Of a stretch of DNA of 64,000 bases, positions 48,501-57,800 are shown piece after piece. The notes under the pieces are model-generated. The model saw only the letters and a program-made list of their open reading frames with translations, was not told where the DNA came from and ran no database searches. How positions within the stretch are numbered: position 1 is the stretch's first letter; each line of letters opens with the position of its first letter. The DNA lies in contig JAXMOL010000014.1 in NCBI GenBank assembly GCA_034669905.1, forward strand, positions 64,001 to 128,000, given 5' to 3'. The position numbers were made by a program, and so were the translations under genes. Source of the stretch: Candidatus Hydrogenedentota bacterium. Lineage in GTDB: Bacteria > Hydrogenedentota > Hydrogenedentia > Hydrogenedentales > JAEUWI01.

Positions 48501-49692
48501 CGTTTGTCGTGCCCGTCGTACCAACGGTATCCCCATTCGCAATTACCGTATTTAACTCACCACCGGTTATCTGGCCATTGCCATTCCGGTCCAGCCGATC
48601 AAACCCGTCGGTGTCCAGTGCTTCCACAATGGTCTGGGCTTCCGCAAGATTCAGCGCACCGCTCTCGTCTTCGTCGGCCGCGGAAAAATCATCGAGGAGC
48701 AACTGCGCGATTTCCGTATCCAAAAGTGCGCCTGCGGTCGTGAGCTCCGCTTCCGAAAGCTCATCGCTTCCGTCCGTGTCAATCCGGTCAAAGGCGGCAC
48801 TGGTCAACCCGGACACGATCGTGCGCGCTTCATTCAACGAGAGGCCTTCGCTCTGGTTACCATCGGCCGTCGCAAACTCTTCGAGCAGCAGGCGGGCATT
48901 CTCCCGATCCGCAGCATCCGTTCCCAACAAGCCAATATTACAGCCCTGAATGACATTGTCGTCCGCATCTTCCCCATCAATCACGATGCCCCGCTGCTGG
49001 AAGTTCACGATCGTGAGGCCAATGATTTTATTGTTGGGAGAGTTAATCGTCAGTCCGCTGCCCGCGCCGCGAAAGTTCTTTAACTCGTCTTCATCCAGCA
49101 CATCGTCGTTGTTGGTATCCAGATATTCAAAGTCGGGCACACGCAGATCCCCGAAATTGTGAATAACCTCCGAAAGATCCGAACCGGTAAGCCCCAGCGT
49201 TTCCCCATAGGTGAGGTCTTCGCTCATGTCATCATCAAGGTCGTTAAACTTGGCTACCAACGCATCCCGGTAACCCAGCAGACGCTCGGTCACGGTGCTG
49301 CCGTCCAACACGAAATGCTCTTCTTCCATGGACATGATGGTCACGCCATCGGGATCCGTCAGGGGAGGAAGATCGTAGCGAAGGAAAAAGGTCCGCGCAG
49401 GAACAAGGATGTAGTCGTGCCCTTCGAGCGCATTCGCTTCTTCGATAGCCGACCGTAAGGTCGTCTGGCCACCGCCAAGAATTCGCTCGGCCACACCGTC
49501 GCCCGGCTGGGCGTCACGATCATCACCGCAGTCAAAGTTATTGACTCCGCAAATCGAATTGAATTGATTTACGACATAGACTTCGCCGTGCGCCGTCCCT
49601 GTCGTCACCCCGCACAACGCGAGCAGCATAACCAGTCGGATCCCGATCGATCCCCATACGTTCCCAAACAAACCACCGTGGATTTTACGCAT
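42595..49692 (-). CDS. Giant surface protein (2365 aa): beta-helix repeats with inserted EF-hand-like pairs, Ig domain, five DUF5011/HYR-like repeats, TSP3-like and DUF1565-like regions, C-terminal TM anchor
   Basis: Signal peptide; TLRSAIEEAN and ISLREAIIAAN; PITYQW...DAGAYRCVV Ig strands; five PxLxLxG...GATAxD...Y...D..GN repeats; DEDGDG; SPWNTISYAL; TM plus basic tail. Confidence 0.85.
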   Translation of the reverse strand: MRKIHGGLFGNVWGSIGIRLVMLLALCGVTTGTAHGEVYVVNQFNSICGVNNFDCGDDRDAQPGDGVAERILGGGQTTLRSAIEEANALEGHDYILVPARTFFLRYDLPPLTDPDGVTIMSMEEEHFVLDGSTVTERLLGYRDALVAKFNDLDDDMSEDLTYGETLGLTGSDLSEVIHNFGDLRVPDFEYLDTNNDDVLDEDELKNFRGAGSGLTINSPNNKIIGLTIVNFQQRGIVIDGEDADDNVIQGCNIGLLGTDAADRENARLLLEEFATADGNQSEGLSLNEARTIVSGLTSAAFDRIDTDGSDELSEAELTTAGALLDTEIAQLLLDDFSAADEDESGALNLAEAQTIVEALDTDGFDRLDRNGNGQITGGELNTVIANGDTVGTTGTTNGNHEHGIAILGGADNNIIGGSDSDERNVISGNGTNELAEILDADDKVIGYLTLDLGHGVYISGASTTNNVVQGNYIGVDVSGVNPVPNGYAGVVIDGNASDNLIGGAGEGEGNIIARNGAPERGCPLSCGNASRPTYGKGVYVQGVGSTNNIVRGNVITRNVTDGVHFSGLASGEIGGAMEGAGNKISGHVNGTLGASNIRLTGCTNIRVEGNESTGSSLGFSIEGGSDLYIGSPGFGNLFSSNTTGVSIFNASDVFFYSNYVGVDVTGMSANPNAFSGIYVTQDVDNVRIGGMGEGEGNVISGNANDGIVVYQMTAGAGDQPVLFIQGNLIGTNKDGTAAIPNGLMGVLVGPQARRVLIGGTDAGEGNVISGNGVDGIRVGRRPDATGTPDNIKIFGNRIGLAATGTATIPNGANGVALLQVDEEVELGGFGAGEGNIIAGNLENGVRIKGGDTLDVSSLSTVRGNTIYGNTLKGIALEETANESIAAPVVTGVGPIAGTALANATVDIFSDDADEGQNYLGSTTADGSGDFTLAVDIGSLTANNITATATNTTTGSTSEFSEPLSLTPPTLTDNPDSVTVVAGEGFSLTVTATGSEPITYQWEVLPSGASEFEDVVDDATVSGAQTATLSNTGARLTDAGAYRCVVTNILGDTPSATATVIVIDADTNTAAVSTVSDVADGDTQSPAHLLKDPGEDGVISLREAIIAANNRAGADTISFTVGGTIFLTSGLPSLTDGGTTIDGAGTLVIDGSALGGNLVGLQLTSADNVLRGLTIVNFPGSGVEVVGASATGNVIADNYIGTNGSTAMGNGGHGVLIRNGASDNLVGGADADDRNIIASNTDSGVSLTDADTTGNRVIGNYIGVNAAGSASLANGEHGVLIQNQASDNEVGGTAEGEGNLISANSESGVYITSTDTTGNVVLGNGIGLNASGAATLGNVSSGVTVAGSASNNVIGGTDAGAGNTISGNGTGVRIDGAASLGNTIRGNEITDNLGVGIDLTNGGNGDLESPEIESATPISGTAEANSTVEIFADAEDEGETLVATVTADGAGLFEIDVDLTSYAGRFLTATATDADGNTSEFSDPLLVDLEPPVLTLLGSASLQIECGSGPYVDAGATATDDVDGNITNNIVVTILQGNTPVTEVSTTGLGSYTIRYEISDNAGQEATPLERSITVVDTEAPDLVLSGNSALVVNCASVYEDAGATATDACEGEVNVTVTGSVDTANPGVYVLTYEAQDSQGNVSTPITRTVTVADTTKPVITLLGSGSVTLECGTGYLDAGATVSDNCDADVTITTTNPVEPGTVGVYTVRYNATDASGNVAAEVIRVVNVVDTTVPVITLVGGADLTVACSDNFADPGATVQDACDGDLPAIVSGVVDSSEPGNYTLTYTASDAAGNVAIPVTRIVRVEDTTVPTIILNGSATVNVACNGMYDELGATASDACDGDLSNNIVISGSVDTTTSGQYFVNYDVTDSFGNVAQRVTRTVIVAQCPAPCETQCESDAANEIDEDGDGLSACVEACLGTSDNSIDSDGDGVPDNVEEETGSSPSTPDSEIDLDGDGLSQLEEFLIGSDPTDPNSPAESFFIAANGANATIGGSAASPWNTISYALEQVAPSATNPVRLIVGEGNYAEDVVLKPWVTLVGATGTVPRIEGTVFGANNSALENLEIAAFTSDDVMLVMDNVLMTVTNVIFRGSAARPAAGIMVDGSNTADSVVDGCLFTSLSVGIDVGGALPMIRRCTFENTSVAGVFVRATASISSGVSLGNVSDPSTGSNLFAGVVEGRAVINSLSTTLRAEQNDWGTTDVNAIQSNLVSGPVDVEPLLVPGTAGDTSSLFVTVWTAANQTRISTAEVTVTDSSGASVSVTRNRNGVYALPVLRSGSYAISVSAFGFEEQSTDVVLAVGELGSRIVALTSPVIKEGGPSCSPAKGPIGGIGSDMLLVALLLGVLLVSHRAGVRIRRDGRD

Positions 49693-49836
49693 CGTTTTAC
49701 CTTACTTCGTTGTCAGGTTTACCCACACACGCGGGCGCAGATTTATATGCAGCCCACCCACACCCACGCGGCTCGGGCACGCACTCAATGCTCCCCATAG
49801 CTCCCATGGGGGTGAATTGTTGTCATAAGTCTAGAT

Positions 49837-49865
49837 AGCATATACCCTAAGTCGCGCTACCGCAA
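49837..49865 (-). promoter_or_regulatory. Putative sigma70 promoter of the 2365-aa gene
   Basis: Minus strand TTGCGG-N17-TATGCT about 145 nt upstream of the ATG. Confidence 0.4.
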
Positions 49866-49959
49866 CCCTTTTCTTAACACGGGAAGCGAAAAGTGTGAAT
49901 TGCAGAAACGACGGAAGAACTCCGCGACCGGACTCCGTCTCACGGCCCGAGCACGCCCC

Positions 49960-51402
49960 TCAGCGACCCAGCAACCCCGTCACCGTCGCCACCATTTCGG
50001 TTCGATTCACCGTCACCTGGCCGGTCTTGCCCGCCTCGCGGTAGGCCTCACGGTCATCAATATCTTCCCGACCGGCCTTGCCCACGTTAAGATCCTTCAC
50101 CGAAACCACCCCCTGCGCCAGCTCATCTTCACCAATAATAACCGCCACCGGAATGCCATAGTGATCCGCATGGCTCAACTGATTGCCCATCTGCATCTTT
50201 TTCTTGCTGGCAAAGAAGGTTTCCGTCCGAATTCCCCCTTCCCGCAATTCGCGGGCAATCTTCAAGGTCTCCGCCTTGGGCACGTTGCCCATGGTCACCA
50301 CCAGGGCCTCCACCGCCGTCGGCGCCGCTTCCACCGCACCCAGGTGTTTCAAGGCCGCCAACAGGCGATCCAGCCCCACCGACATCCCCGTGCAGGGAAT
50401 AGGCTGCTTCATAAAGCGTTCAACCAGTTGGTTATAGCGGCCGCCACCCATGACCGTGCCAAATTCACGGGCCTGGGGCAGAATCATCTCAAAAACCGGG
50501 CCCGTATAGTAATCCAGCCCCCGCGCAAGACTCGGGTCAAACTGCGCATGGGCCTCCGAAACCCCCAGCGCCTCCAGGGCATCCGCCAGCTCTGCCATTT
50601 CGGCCAGGGCCTCCTGCGCCAGCTTGGTATCCGTCAACGCCGCCGTCATCGCGTCAATAACCGACCGCCGATCCCCGCCCTCAATGGCAATAAACGTCAA
50701 TACCCGCTCGATAACGTCCCCATCGAGCCCCACCCCGGCAATAGGATCACCGGAATCATCGATGCGACCCTCGCCCAATTCCTTGCGAATATTCTCCAGC
50801 CCCACCTTGCCGAGCTTGTCAATCACCCGGAGCACGTGCTTCTGGCGGGCCGCTTCTTCAATACCGCAATCCGCCAGCAGGGCGTCGATAAGTTTCCGGT
50901 TATTAATAAGGACACGGTAGTCGGGCACATTCAGCGCGGCCATTACCGCACACATGACCGCCACCACTTCGCCATCCACCGACACCGTCGCCGCGCCCGC
51001 CGCATCAATGTCTACCTGGGTAAACTGGCGAAAACGACCGGGACCCGGCTTGTCGGCGCGCCAGACGGGACCCATGGCATAGCGCCGGAAGGGGGCCTTG
51101 ATCTGCTCCGGATATTGGGCCATAAGCCGGGCAAAGGGCACGGTAAGATCAAAGCGGAGCGCAATGGGGTCTTCTTCGGGACTCTCCAGGCGGAAGAGTT
51201 CTTTGTTGGTCTCTTCGCCGCCCGCGCCCAACAGGACATCCAGATGCTCTAAGGCGGGCGTTTCGACGGGCGAATAGCCATACAGTTCGAAAACCGCCTG
51301 AATACGACGAATCACCGCCGCGCGCATCAGCGCGTCTCCGGGGAGAAAATCCTGAAAACCCTTGAGTGTGCGGGGCGCTACCAGCGCTTTTTTCCCAGCC
51401 AT
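49960..51402 (-). CDS. hisS: Histidine--tRNA ligase
   Basis: LKGFQD, ETPALE, LRFDLTVP, WRADKPGPGRFRQFTQVDID, LARGLDYYTG, GGGRY. Confidence 0.95.
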   Translation of the reverse strand: MAGKKALVAPRTLKGFQDFLPGDALMRAAVIRRIQAVFELYGYSPVETPALEHLDVLLGAGGEETNKELFRLESPEEDPIALRFDLTVPFARLMAQYPEQIKAPFRRYAMGPVWRADKPGPGRFRQFTQVDIDAAGAATVSVDGEVVAVMCAVMAALNVPDYRVLINNRKLIDALLADCGIEEAARQKHVLRVIDKLGKVGLENIRKELGEGRIDDSGDPIAGVGLDGDVIERVLTFIAIEGGDRRSVIDAMTAALTDTKLAQEALAEMAELADALEALGVSEAHAQFDPSLARGLDYYTGPVFEMILPQAREFGTVMGGGRYNQLVERFMKQPIPCTGMSVGLDRLLAALKHLGAVEAAPTAVEALVVTMGNVPKAETLKIARELREGGIRTETFFASKKKMQMGNQLSHADHYGIPVAVIIGEDELAQGVVSVKDLNVGKAGREDIDDREAYREAGKTGQVTVNRTEMVATVTGLLGR

Positions 51403-51860
51403 GAAACCCTTACCTCTCCGTGACATCCCGATTCTATTCGGATGCACCTCGCCTGAAAACTACCGGAGGATGGGCCGTCTTCCCCGAAATCGTGAAGCAA
51501 TACCTTGACCCACCCGTGGACGTGGAGTGTAACAGAGGACGTGAAAATGGGTCAAAGATTGTCACTTACCGCCCTTCACCGAGGTATGGCCCCACAGGAT
51601 GGTGCCTTGGCATACCCCCGTGACTGTCAATATTCGGGCGCAGGGCCTTCCCCATCCGCGCAAAAACTGATCAACCCTTGTGCAGATCTGACACATTCCG
51701 ACGCAGTTCTGAGCAATGCTTCGTGCAAGTATCACCTCTTGAAAGGGATAAGCCCTTACAAAAGCCCCACTTACAAAGTTGGCACGAGTCTGGTATTGAA
51801 TAGAGCAGTTCTAAATCGGAATACCAACAGCATACGTAGGAAATGAAAGGCGTACATACC

Positions 51861-52070
51861 ATGAACATGAATGAACGCACCCACTCCAACGAAATGAACA
51901 ACACCGAAGTCAACGGCTGGTTCGCCCAGCCCGGCCCCACGGAGAGCTTCCTCCGCAGCGCTCCCAAAGAACTCTGCGAGGCCAGCCACGAGTCCGCACC
52001 CCCAATCAAGCCCGACCCGAAGCTCTTTACCTCCGTTGGCCCAACCCCCGGTTTCGTCTACTGCCGATAG
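51861..52070 (+). CDS. Small hypothetical protein (69 aa)
   Basis: Purine-rich RBS-like stretch before the ATG, C-ending host-like codons, and a stop 10 nt from the convergent gene. Confidence 0.5.
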   Translation: MNMNERTHSNEMNNTEVNGWFAQPGPTESFLRSAPKELCEASHESAPPIKPDPKLFTSVGPTPGFVYCR

Positions 52071-52080
52071 ACCGCCCGGT

Positions 52081-54408
52081 CTATCGCTGCAGAATGCTGG
52101 CCAGCCAGGCCTGGAGTTGCGGATTCTCCGGCTCCAGCGCGAGGAGCGCCTGACCATAGGTCCGGGCCTCGTCCCAGCGCTCCTCCTGGCTGTAGAAAAT
52201 CACCAGCGCCTGCAACACCGATCCATCCGACGGTGACAGGGCATGGGCACGAAGCAATGCGGCCTCCGCAGCGGCCCGCTTCTCCACGTGCTGAAGCAAC
52301 AAACCATAGTTATAAAAGACCCGCCCCCGCTCCGGCATCAGCTCGGTTGCCCGCTTCATAAAGACCACCGCCTCTTCGAGACGCCCCTCTTCTGCCAGCA
52401 AAAGTCCCATCGAGTAATGGAGCTCCCCTTCATTGGGGGCCAGGCCGATGGCCTCCGTCAACAGATGCTCTGCTTCCCCGTTCCGCCCGCTGGCATTCAG
52501 CAGGTTCGCCAGATTGACCCGCGCGGGGATGAATTGGGCATCCCGCGTAATGGCCATCCGATAGGCCGCCTCCGCTTTTTCGACATTGCCCTCAGCGGCA
52601 TACAGCAAACCGAGATTCAAATGCGCTTCGGGCTGGTCCCCGGTGGACAACTGAAGGGCCACATATTCGTCTCGCGCCGACGCCAGTCCCGACGTCACCT
52701 CCTCAGACAAGCCCGGTGCGCCCGCCAGCAATCGGGCCGCACTGATACGCACCGATGCCATGGAATCCATCACCAGGGGCCCCAGGACCTCCCCGCGCAT
52801 TTCCGGTGGCAAGCGATCCATACCCCCCACCGCCTGACTACGGACCAGCGCCGACTCATCCTTCAGGCCCGCCAATAGTGCTTCCGACGCCTCGGCCCCC
52901 CCATAATTCTGCAGCAACTCCAGGGCCGTCGCACGCACGATGGCGGGCTGTTCGCCGTCTTTCGACAGGGTCGCCAGCGCAGCTTCCGCCTCCGGCTCCA
53001 CCGCACGGCCCGCGGCCAACGTGGTGGCAAAATGCACCTTATCCTCCGGGGACTTTTCTCCATACCACGCGGTCACCGCTTCGGCCGCCCACGCGGCGTC
53101 CTGGTCGGTATGGCACTGGTTACAGGCATTGGGTGTTCCCAGGCTCACACTCAAATCAGGGCGGGGAATGCGGAAACTGTGGTCCCGCCGCTCATCAATG
53201 CCCATATAGGTCCGCGTGGGCATGTGGCAACTCACACATTGCGCCCCTTCCGATCCCGGCTCGTGAAAGTGGTGGGATTTGTCATCAAAAACGCCCGGCT
53301 TGAGCGTAGGAAACTGGGGCAGCTTCACGTCCTGGTGACACCGCACACACAGGTCATTCCCCGGCACGATCAAGGTCGCCTTGTGGGGATCGTGGCAATC
53401 TGTGCAGCGCACGCCCGCGTGATACATGGGACTCTGCACGAAAGAACCATAGACGTACACTTCATCCTGAATCTGACCATCGGGAAAATAGAGCTCCTCC
53501 CGCAGGGTGCTCAACTGAAAATTGTCCAGGAAACTGCGGTGGTGGTAGTCCTCTGCCTGGGCGGGTGCCCGTCGGGAGTGACACCGGGCACACTGATCCA
53601 CCTGGTAGGACCCACCATGATTCTTGAAGTCCACCACCAGCCCGAGGGCATTGTAATCGGGACGCTCCATGACCGCGCCGTTCCGGGCCCAATCCATATG
53701 GGTCGATCCCGGGCCGTGGCACGACTGACATCCCACGTTGATATCGCTGAAGGTGGTCTTAAAGGTATTGGTCGCGTTATCGAAGCCCTTCTGCACATTC
53801 GTGCTGTGGCATTCGGCGCACATGTAATTCCAATTCTGCAGGCGTCCCGTCCAATGGATAGGGTCCCCCGCCCGCATAGGCGCATCGGGATACAGGTGAT
53901 ACCACCGCTTCTGCACCACATCCCACGCCACGGGCACACACTGATAGCGGCCCCCCGGAAAGGGCACGAGGTACTGCTGCAGGGGCGTCAGTCCAAAGGT
54001 GTAGGCCACCGTATAGATCTGCTCTTCACCCCCCCCCACACGATAGCCCACCTTGAAAGCAGCCCCGTCCTTAAAAAAGCGCCAGGTCTCGTCGAAGTGC
54101 TCAAAGGTTGTGTCATTGAAATCCGCCAGCACCGTCTCCGCCGTTGCGTGGTCCATGGCCCGCTCATGGTGGGAGCCCAGCCAGTCGCTGAACTGGTCTT
54201 CATGGCACTCCCGACAACTCACGTCTTTCACGAAGGCCGGCAATGTCGGGGAGTCCGCAATGGGTGCCGCCGCAGTCTCCGCAGGCGGCGCGGCCACCAC
54301 CGCATCGGCGGGTTTCTCTGGAGCCAACGACGTCACCGGCGCTTCACCACACCCTGCCAACACGCAGAACAACACCAACCCACAAAAACTTTTCACATGA
54401 TCTCGCAT
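52081..54408 (-). CDS. Multiheme cytochrome c lipoprotein (8 CxxCH) with HEAT-like and TPR repeats
   Basis: Lipobox LAGC; CRECH, CAECH, CQSCH, CARCH, CTDCH, CVRCH, CVSCH, CNQCH; C-terminal TPRs (EAHLNLGLLY, ELHYSMGLLL); start uncertain. Confidence 0.88.
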   Translation of the reverse strand: MRDHVKSFCGLVLFCVLAGCGEAPVTSLAPEKPADAVVAAPPAETAAAPIADSPTLPAFVKDVSCRECHEDQFSDWLGSHHERAMDHATAETVLADFNDTTFEHFDETWRFFKDGAAFKVGYRVGGGEEQIYTVAYTFGLTPLQQYLVPFPGGRYQCVPVAWDVVQKRWYHLYPDAPMRAGDPIHWTGRLQNWNYMCAECHSTNVQKGFDNATNTFKTTFSDINVGCQSCHGPGSTHMDWARNGAVMERPDYNALGLVVDFKNHGGSYQVDQCARCHSRRAPAQAEDYHHRSFLDNFQLSTLREELYFPDGQIQDEVYVYGSFVQSPMYHAGVRCTDCHDPHKATLIVPGNDLCVRCHQDVKLPQFPTLKPGVFDDKSHHFHEPGSEGAQCVSCHMPTRTYMGIDERRDHSFRIPRPDLSVSLGTPNACNQCHTDQDAAWAAEAVTAWYGEKSPEDKVHFATTLAAGRAVEPEAEAALATLSKDGEQPAIVRATALELLQNYGGAEASEALLAGLKDESALVRSQAVGGMDRLPPEMRGEVLGPLVMDSMASVRISAARLLAGAPGLSEEVTSGLASARDEYVALQLSTGDQPEAHLNLGLLYAAEGNVEKAEAAYRMAITRDAQFIPARVNLANLLNASGRNGEAEHLLTEAIGLAPNEGELHYSMGLLLAEEGRLEEAVVFMKRATELMPERGRVFYNYGLLLQHVEKRAAAEAALLRAHALSPSDGSVLQALVIFYSQEERWDEARTYGQALLALEPENPQLQAWLASILQR

Positions 54409-54516
54409 TCCGACTCCAGGCACAACCGACTTCGACTTAAAAGAAACCGCCATTCTACAAGCCCCCTCACCCAAAAGCTACGGGGGCACCCCGCCGCGCC
54501 AGCCACGCCCATTCCG

Positions 54517-54654
54517 TGGAGTGCGTAAGCTTGCTTGCGCTAGCGATAAGCAAGCTTGCTTGGGGTATTACACCAACCAACTCGGCAGAGAGACGGGCAC
54601 CGGACGCCGGGAGCAAGCCCCCTCAATAAAGTAGCAGCAAGCTGCCACACTCCA
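54517..54654. repeat. Inverted doublet family H (TGGAGTGCGTAAGCTTGC... / GCAAGCTGCCACACTCCA)
   Basis: Imperfect inverted arms in the intergenic gap. Confidence 0.7.
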
Positions 54655-54757
54655 AAGCGTCGCCCTTTCGTGAGAAAGGCGTCCCGCCAGTCTAAAGCCA
54701 ACGGACACTCAAGCGTGCTTGCGGCCTTTCACAAGCAGCGCAATGCACATCTCCAAC

Positions 54758-54796
54758 AGGGGGTTGACCATTCCTGGTCGACACAAGGCCCACGCC
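54758..54796. repeat. Solo left arm of family B element
   Basis: AGGGGGTTGACCATTCCTGGTCGACACAAGGCCCACGCC, one mismatch to the 6131 and 7763 copies, with the same upstream CCAAC. Confidence 0.85.
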
Positions 54797-54846
54797 AGGT
54801 TTCGCCGGGTGCGGGATGGTACGCACATGACGCACAAAAGAGAATG

Positions 54847-57800
54847 TCACCCCTTCGGCAATTTCGGTAACTTCAACGACGGCCGGGCGTGGAACTCCGG
54901 CAACTTCGGCGGATTCTCCGTCATCATCTGCAGCACCCTGTCCAGTCCGGCCTGCAATTGCGGATCCTTCCCGGCCTTGTAATCCTGCGGCGCGATAAAC
55001 ACTTCCACATCGGGGTCAGTGCCGTAGTTCTCCACGCCCCACGCCACATCATCAAACCAGAAGGAATACTCCGGCTGGGTCGTGACGCTTCCATCCACCA
55101 ATTCCGTGCTCGGATTGATACCAATAACGCCGCCCCAGGTACGGGTCCCGATCAAGGGCCCCAGATTCATTCGCTTGAAACAATGGGAGAAAATATCACC
55201 ATCCGAACCCGCGTTCTCATTGGTCAGCGCCACCATGGGCCCCAGCACCGATTCCCGGGGATAGGCCTCCGGTGTGTGCCAACGGGACACGTCATAACCC
55301 AGTCGCTCCCGCGCCAGTTTCTCCAGCAACAACTGAGACACATGCCCCCCGCCGTTGTAGCGCACATCGATAATCAGCGCGGGATAGTGCAGTTCCGGCA
55401 GCCAGCCCCGATGAAATTCCGCATAGCCCTGGGCGCCCATATTCGGAATGTGCACATAGCCCACTTGGCCCTTGCTGCGACGATGGACCTCTTCCCGATT
55501 ACGATTCACCCAGGCACGATAGCGCAAGCCACTCTCACTGAAGAGCGTGGTCACCACGACCTCCCGCACCTTGCCCTTCCTGGGCTTGACGCGTAACGCG
55601 ACCTCTTGTCCCCCGAGGTTCACCAGCGCGTGGCCCGGAGTCAACGACCGTGTCAGCGGTGTACCATTGATGGCCAAGATCACATCGCCCTCGCCCACAT
55701 TGACCGCCGGCGCACACAAGGGGGAGCGCTGTTGTTCATCCCACGAATCTCCGACGACAATATCCCGTACCCGATATCCTTTCGCCTTGCCATCCCATTG
55801 AAAGGACGCCCCCAGTTTCCCCAGCGGCGTGCGCGGCACCTGACGATAGTCTCCACCCATTTCATAGGCATGTGACGTGCCCAGCTCCCCCTGCATCTCC
55901 CACATCAGATCCGACAACTCACTGCGACACGCCACCCGATCCAGCAAGGGCACATAGCGCTCGTAGACGTGGGCCCAGTCGACACCCGACATGTTCTCAT
56001 CCCAGAAATAATCCCGCTGAAGGCGCCAGGCCTCCCGTAACATTTGACGCCATTCGGCGGGCGGATCCACCGAGACGCGGACCCGGTCCAGATTGATCCA
56101 ACCCGCACCCCGGCCACCATCTTTCACCAACCCGTTACTCTTCGCGTCCGACGGTTTGTCCCCCGCCTTGATGACACGGAGGCGCTTCCCCGTGCGGTAG
56201 AGCAACGTCGTCCGGTCCCGGGATACGGAAAAGCTGTCCACACCCGAAACCAGGCTGTCCTCTTTCATCGTCGCCAGATCGTAGGCATACAGGGTGCCAC
56301 CGCTGGTCTTCGGATTCGTGCCATGGGTCGCCAAGGACCCTTTTACGTGATACTGGCTATAGAGTATTTTGCCCTTAATACCCACGATGCGCCCGTAGCG
56401 TCCCGCCCCCTTGGGAAAGGACAACACGCGCCCGGGGAGACCCGCCACATCAATCGTAAGGGCGGGTGGCTTCTCCTTATCTTTTTTCTTCTTGTCTTTC
56501 CCCGCTGCCGGGGCGACTTCGGCTTCCAGCCGCGGCACGAAGGGGCTCGGCACGTCGGTGCGCAGCGGCACCACCATCAACTGCATGGCCTGCGGAAAGC
56601 CCAGGTCAAAATGAAGCGCATCGTAGACCGGGTTATATTCGCGGTAGGAAATAAAATAGAGGTACTTGCCTTCGGGGTCCCAGGAGGGTGCCACATCATT
56701 GAACTCAGGGCGGGTCACGTCATGCTTCTTCCCCGTGCTCACGTGATACAAGCGAATTATGCGGGTACGTGACGTGGGAGCCACCGAGTAGGCAAGCCAT
56801 TGTCCATCGGGCGACCACACGGCACCCGTTACCGGCGCATAATCACTTTGCTCGATGGTCGTTCCCGTGCCCTTCTTCAGGTCGGCCAGAATCAACTCGA
56901 AACGGTGGTTGCGCACGGCCGCCAGATCGTCCTTGGGAGAAACGGCCACCCCCATAACATGGCCCACGTCAATACGATTGAAGGCCTTTGCCTTTTTTTG
57001 CCCCGTGGTGTCGACGATTTTCAGGCGTTCTTCGCCGCTGTCATCGGAAACTATCAGCATCCGCTTCGCATCATTCAACCACGTGGAGAGGCGGGCCCGA
57101 CCTTCCCCATCCTGATGCTGTGGCATCACCGGGCCTTCCCAGTTGCCCATTGTAAAGAGCTTGCCCCGGGCCGTAATCGCCAGGGCCTTCCCGTCGGGAC
57201 GGAGGACATAGCCCTGCAGGTTGTTTGCAGCCGACACGAAACGCTGTCGGCGCTGCACCTGGGGACTCGGCATCGTAATATCCAGACAGCGGGAGGTATC
57301 CGTCTTCACGTCATAGCAGTAGCAATTGGCCCCGGCGTGATACACAATCTGCTGACCATCCGTCGTGGCGCCCCGGGCGTAAAACTCGTCACCATGGGTA
57401 TGGCGCTTAAGGGATTTCCCCGTCGGGGTGCAACTATAGAGATTCCCCACACCCTCGTGGTCGGAAAGGAAGTAAATGCGCTTGCCGATCCACATGGGCG
57501 ACGTGATGTTGCCTTCGGCAGGTTGGAGCCGCTCAAAACTGCCGCTGCCATCCCGATCTATCCACAGCTGCCCCGCACGTCCTCCCCGGTAACGCTTCCA
57601 TCGCGCCGGATCGCCCGTATTGCGGCCCAGCACCAATCCGCCACCCGGCCCCTCACTCAGATGGCTCGCCGGACCCCACGGCAATTCACGGGGCGCCCCC
57701 CCCGTCACCTTCACCGACCACAGTGTCCGTGCCCCCCCAAACGCAGAGGCACTGTCACTGGAATAGTAGATCTCCGTGCCGTCGGCCGACCATCCCGCCA

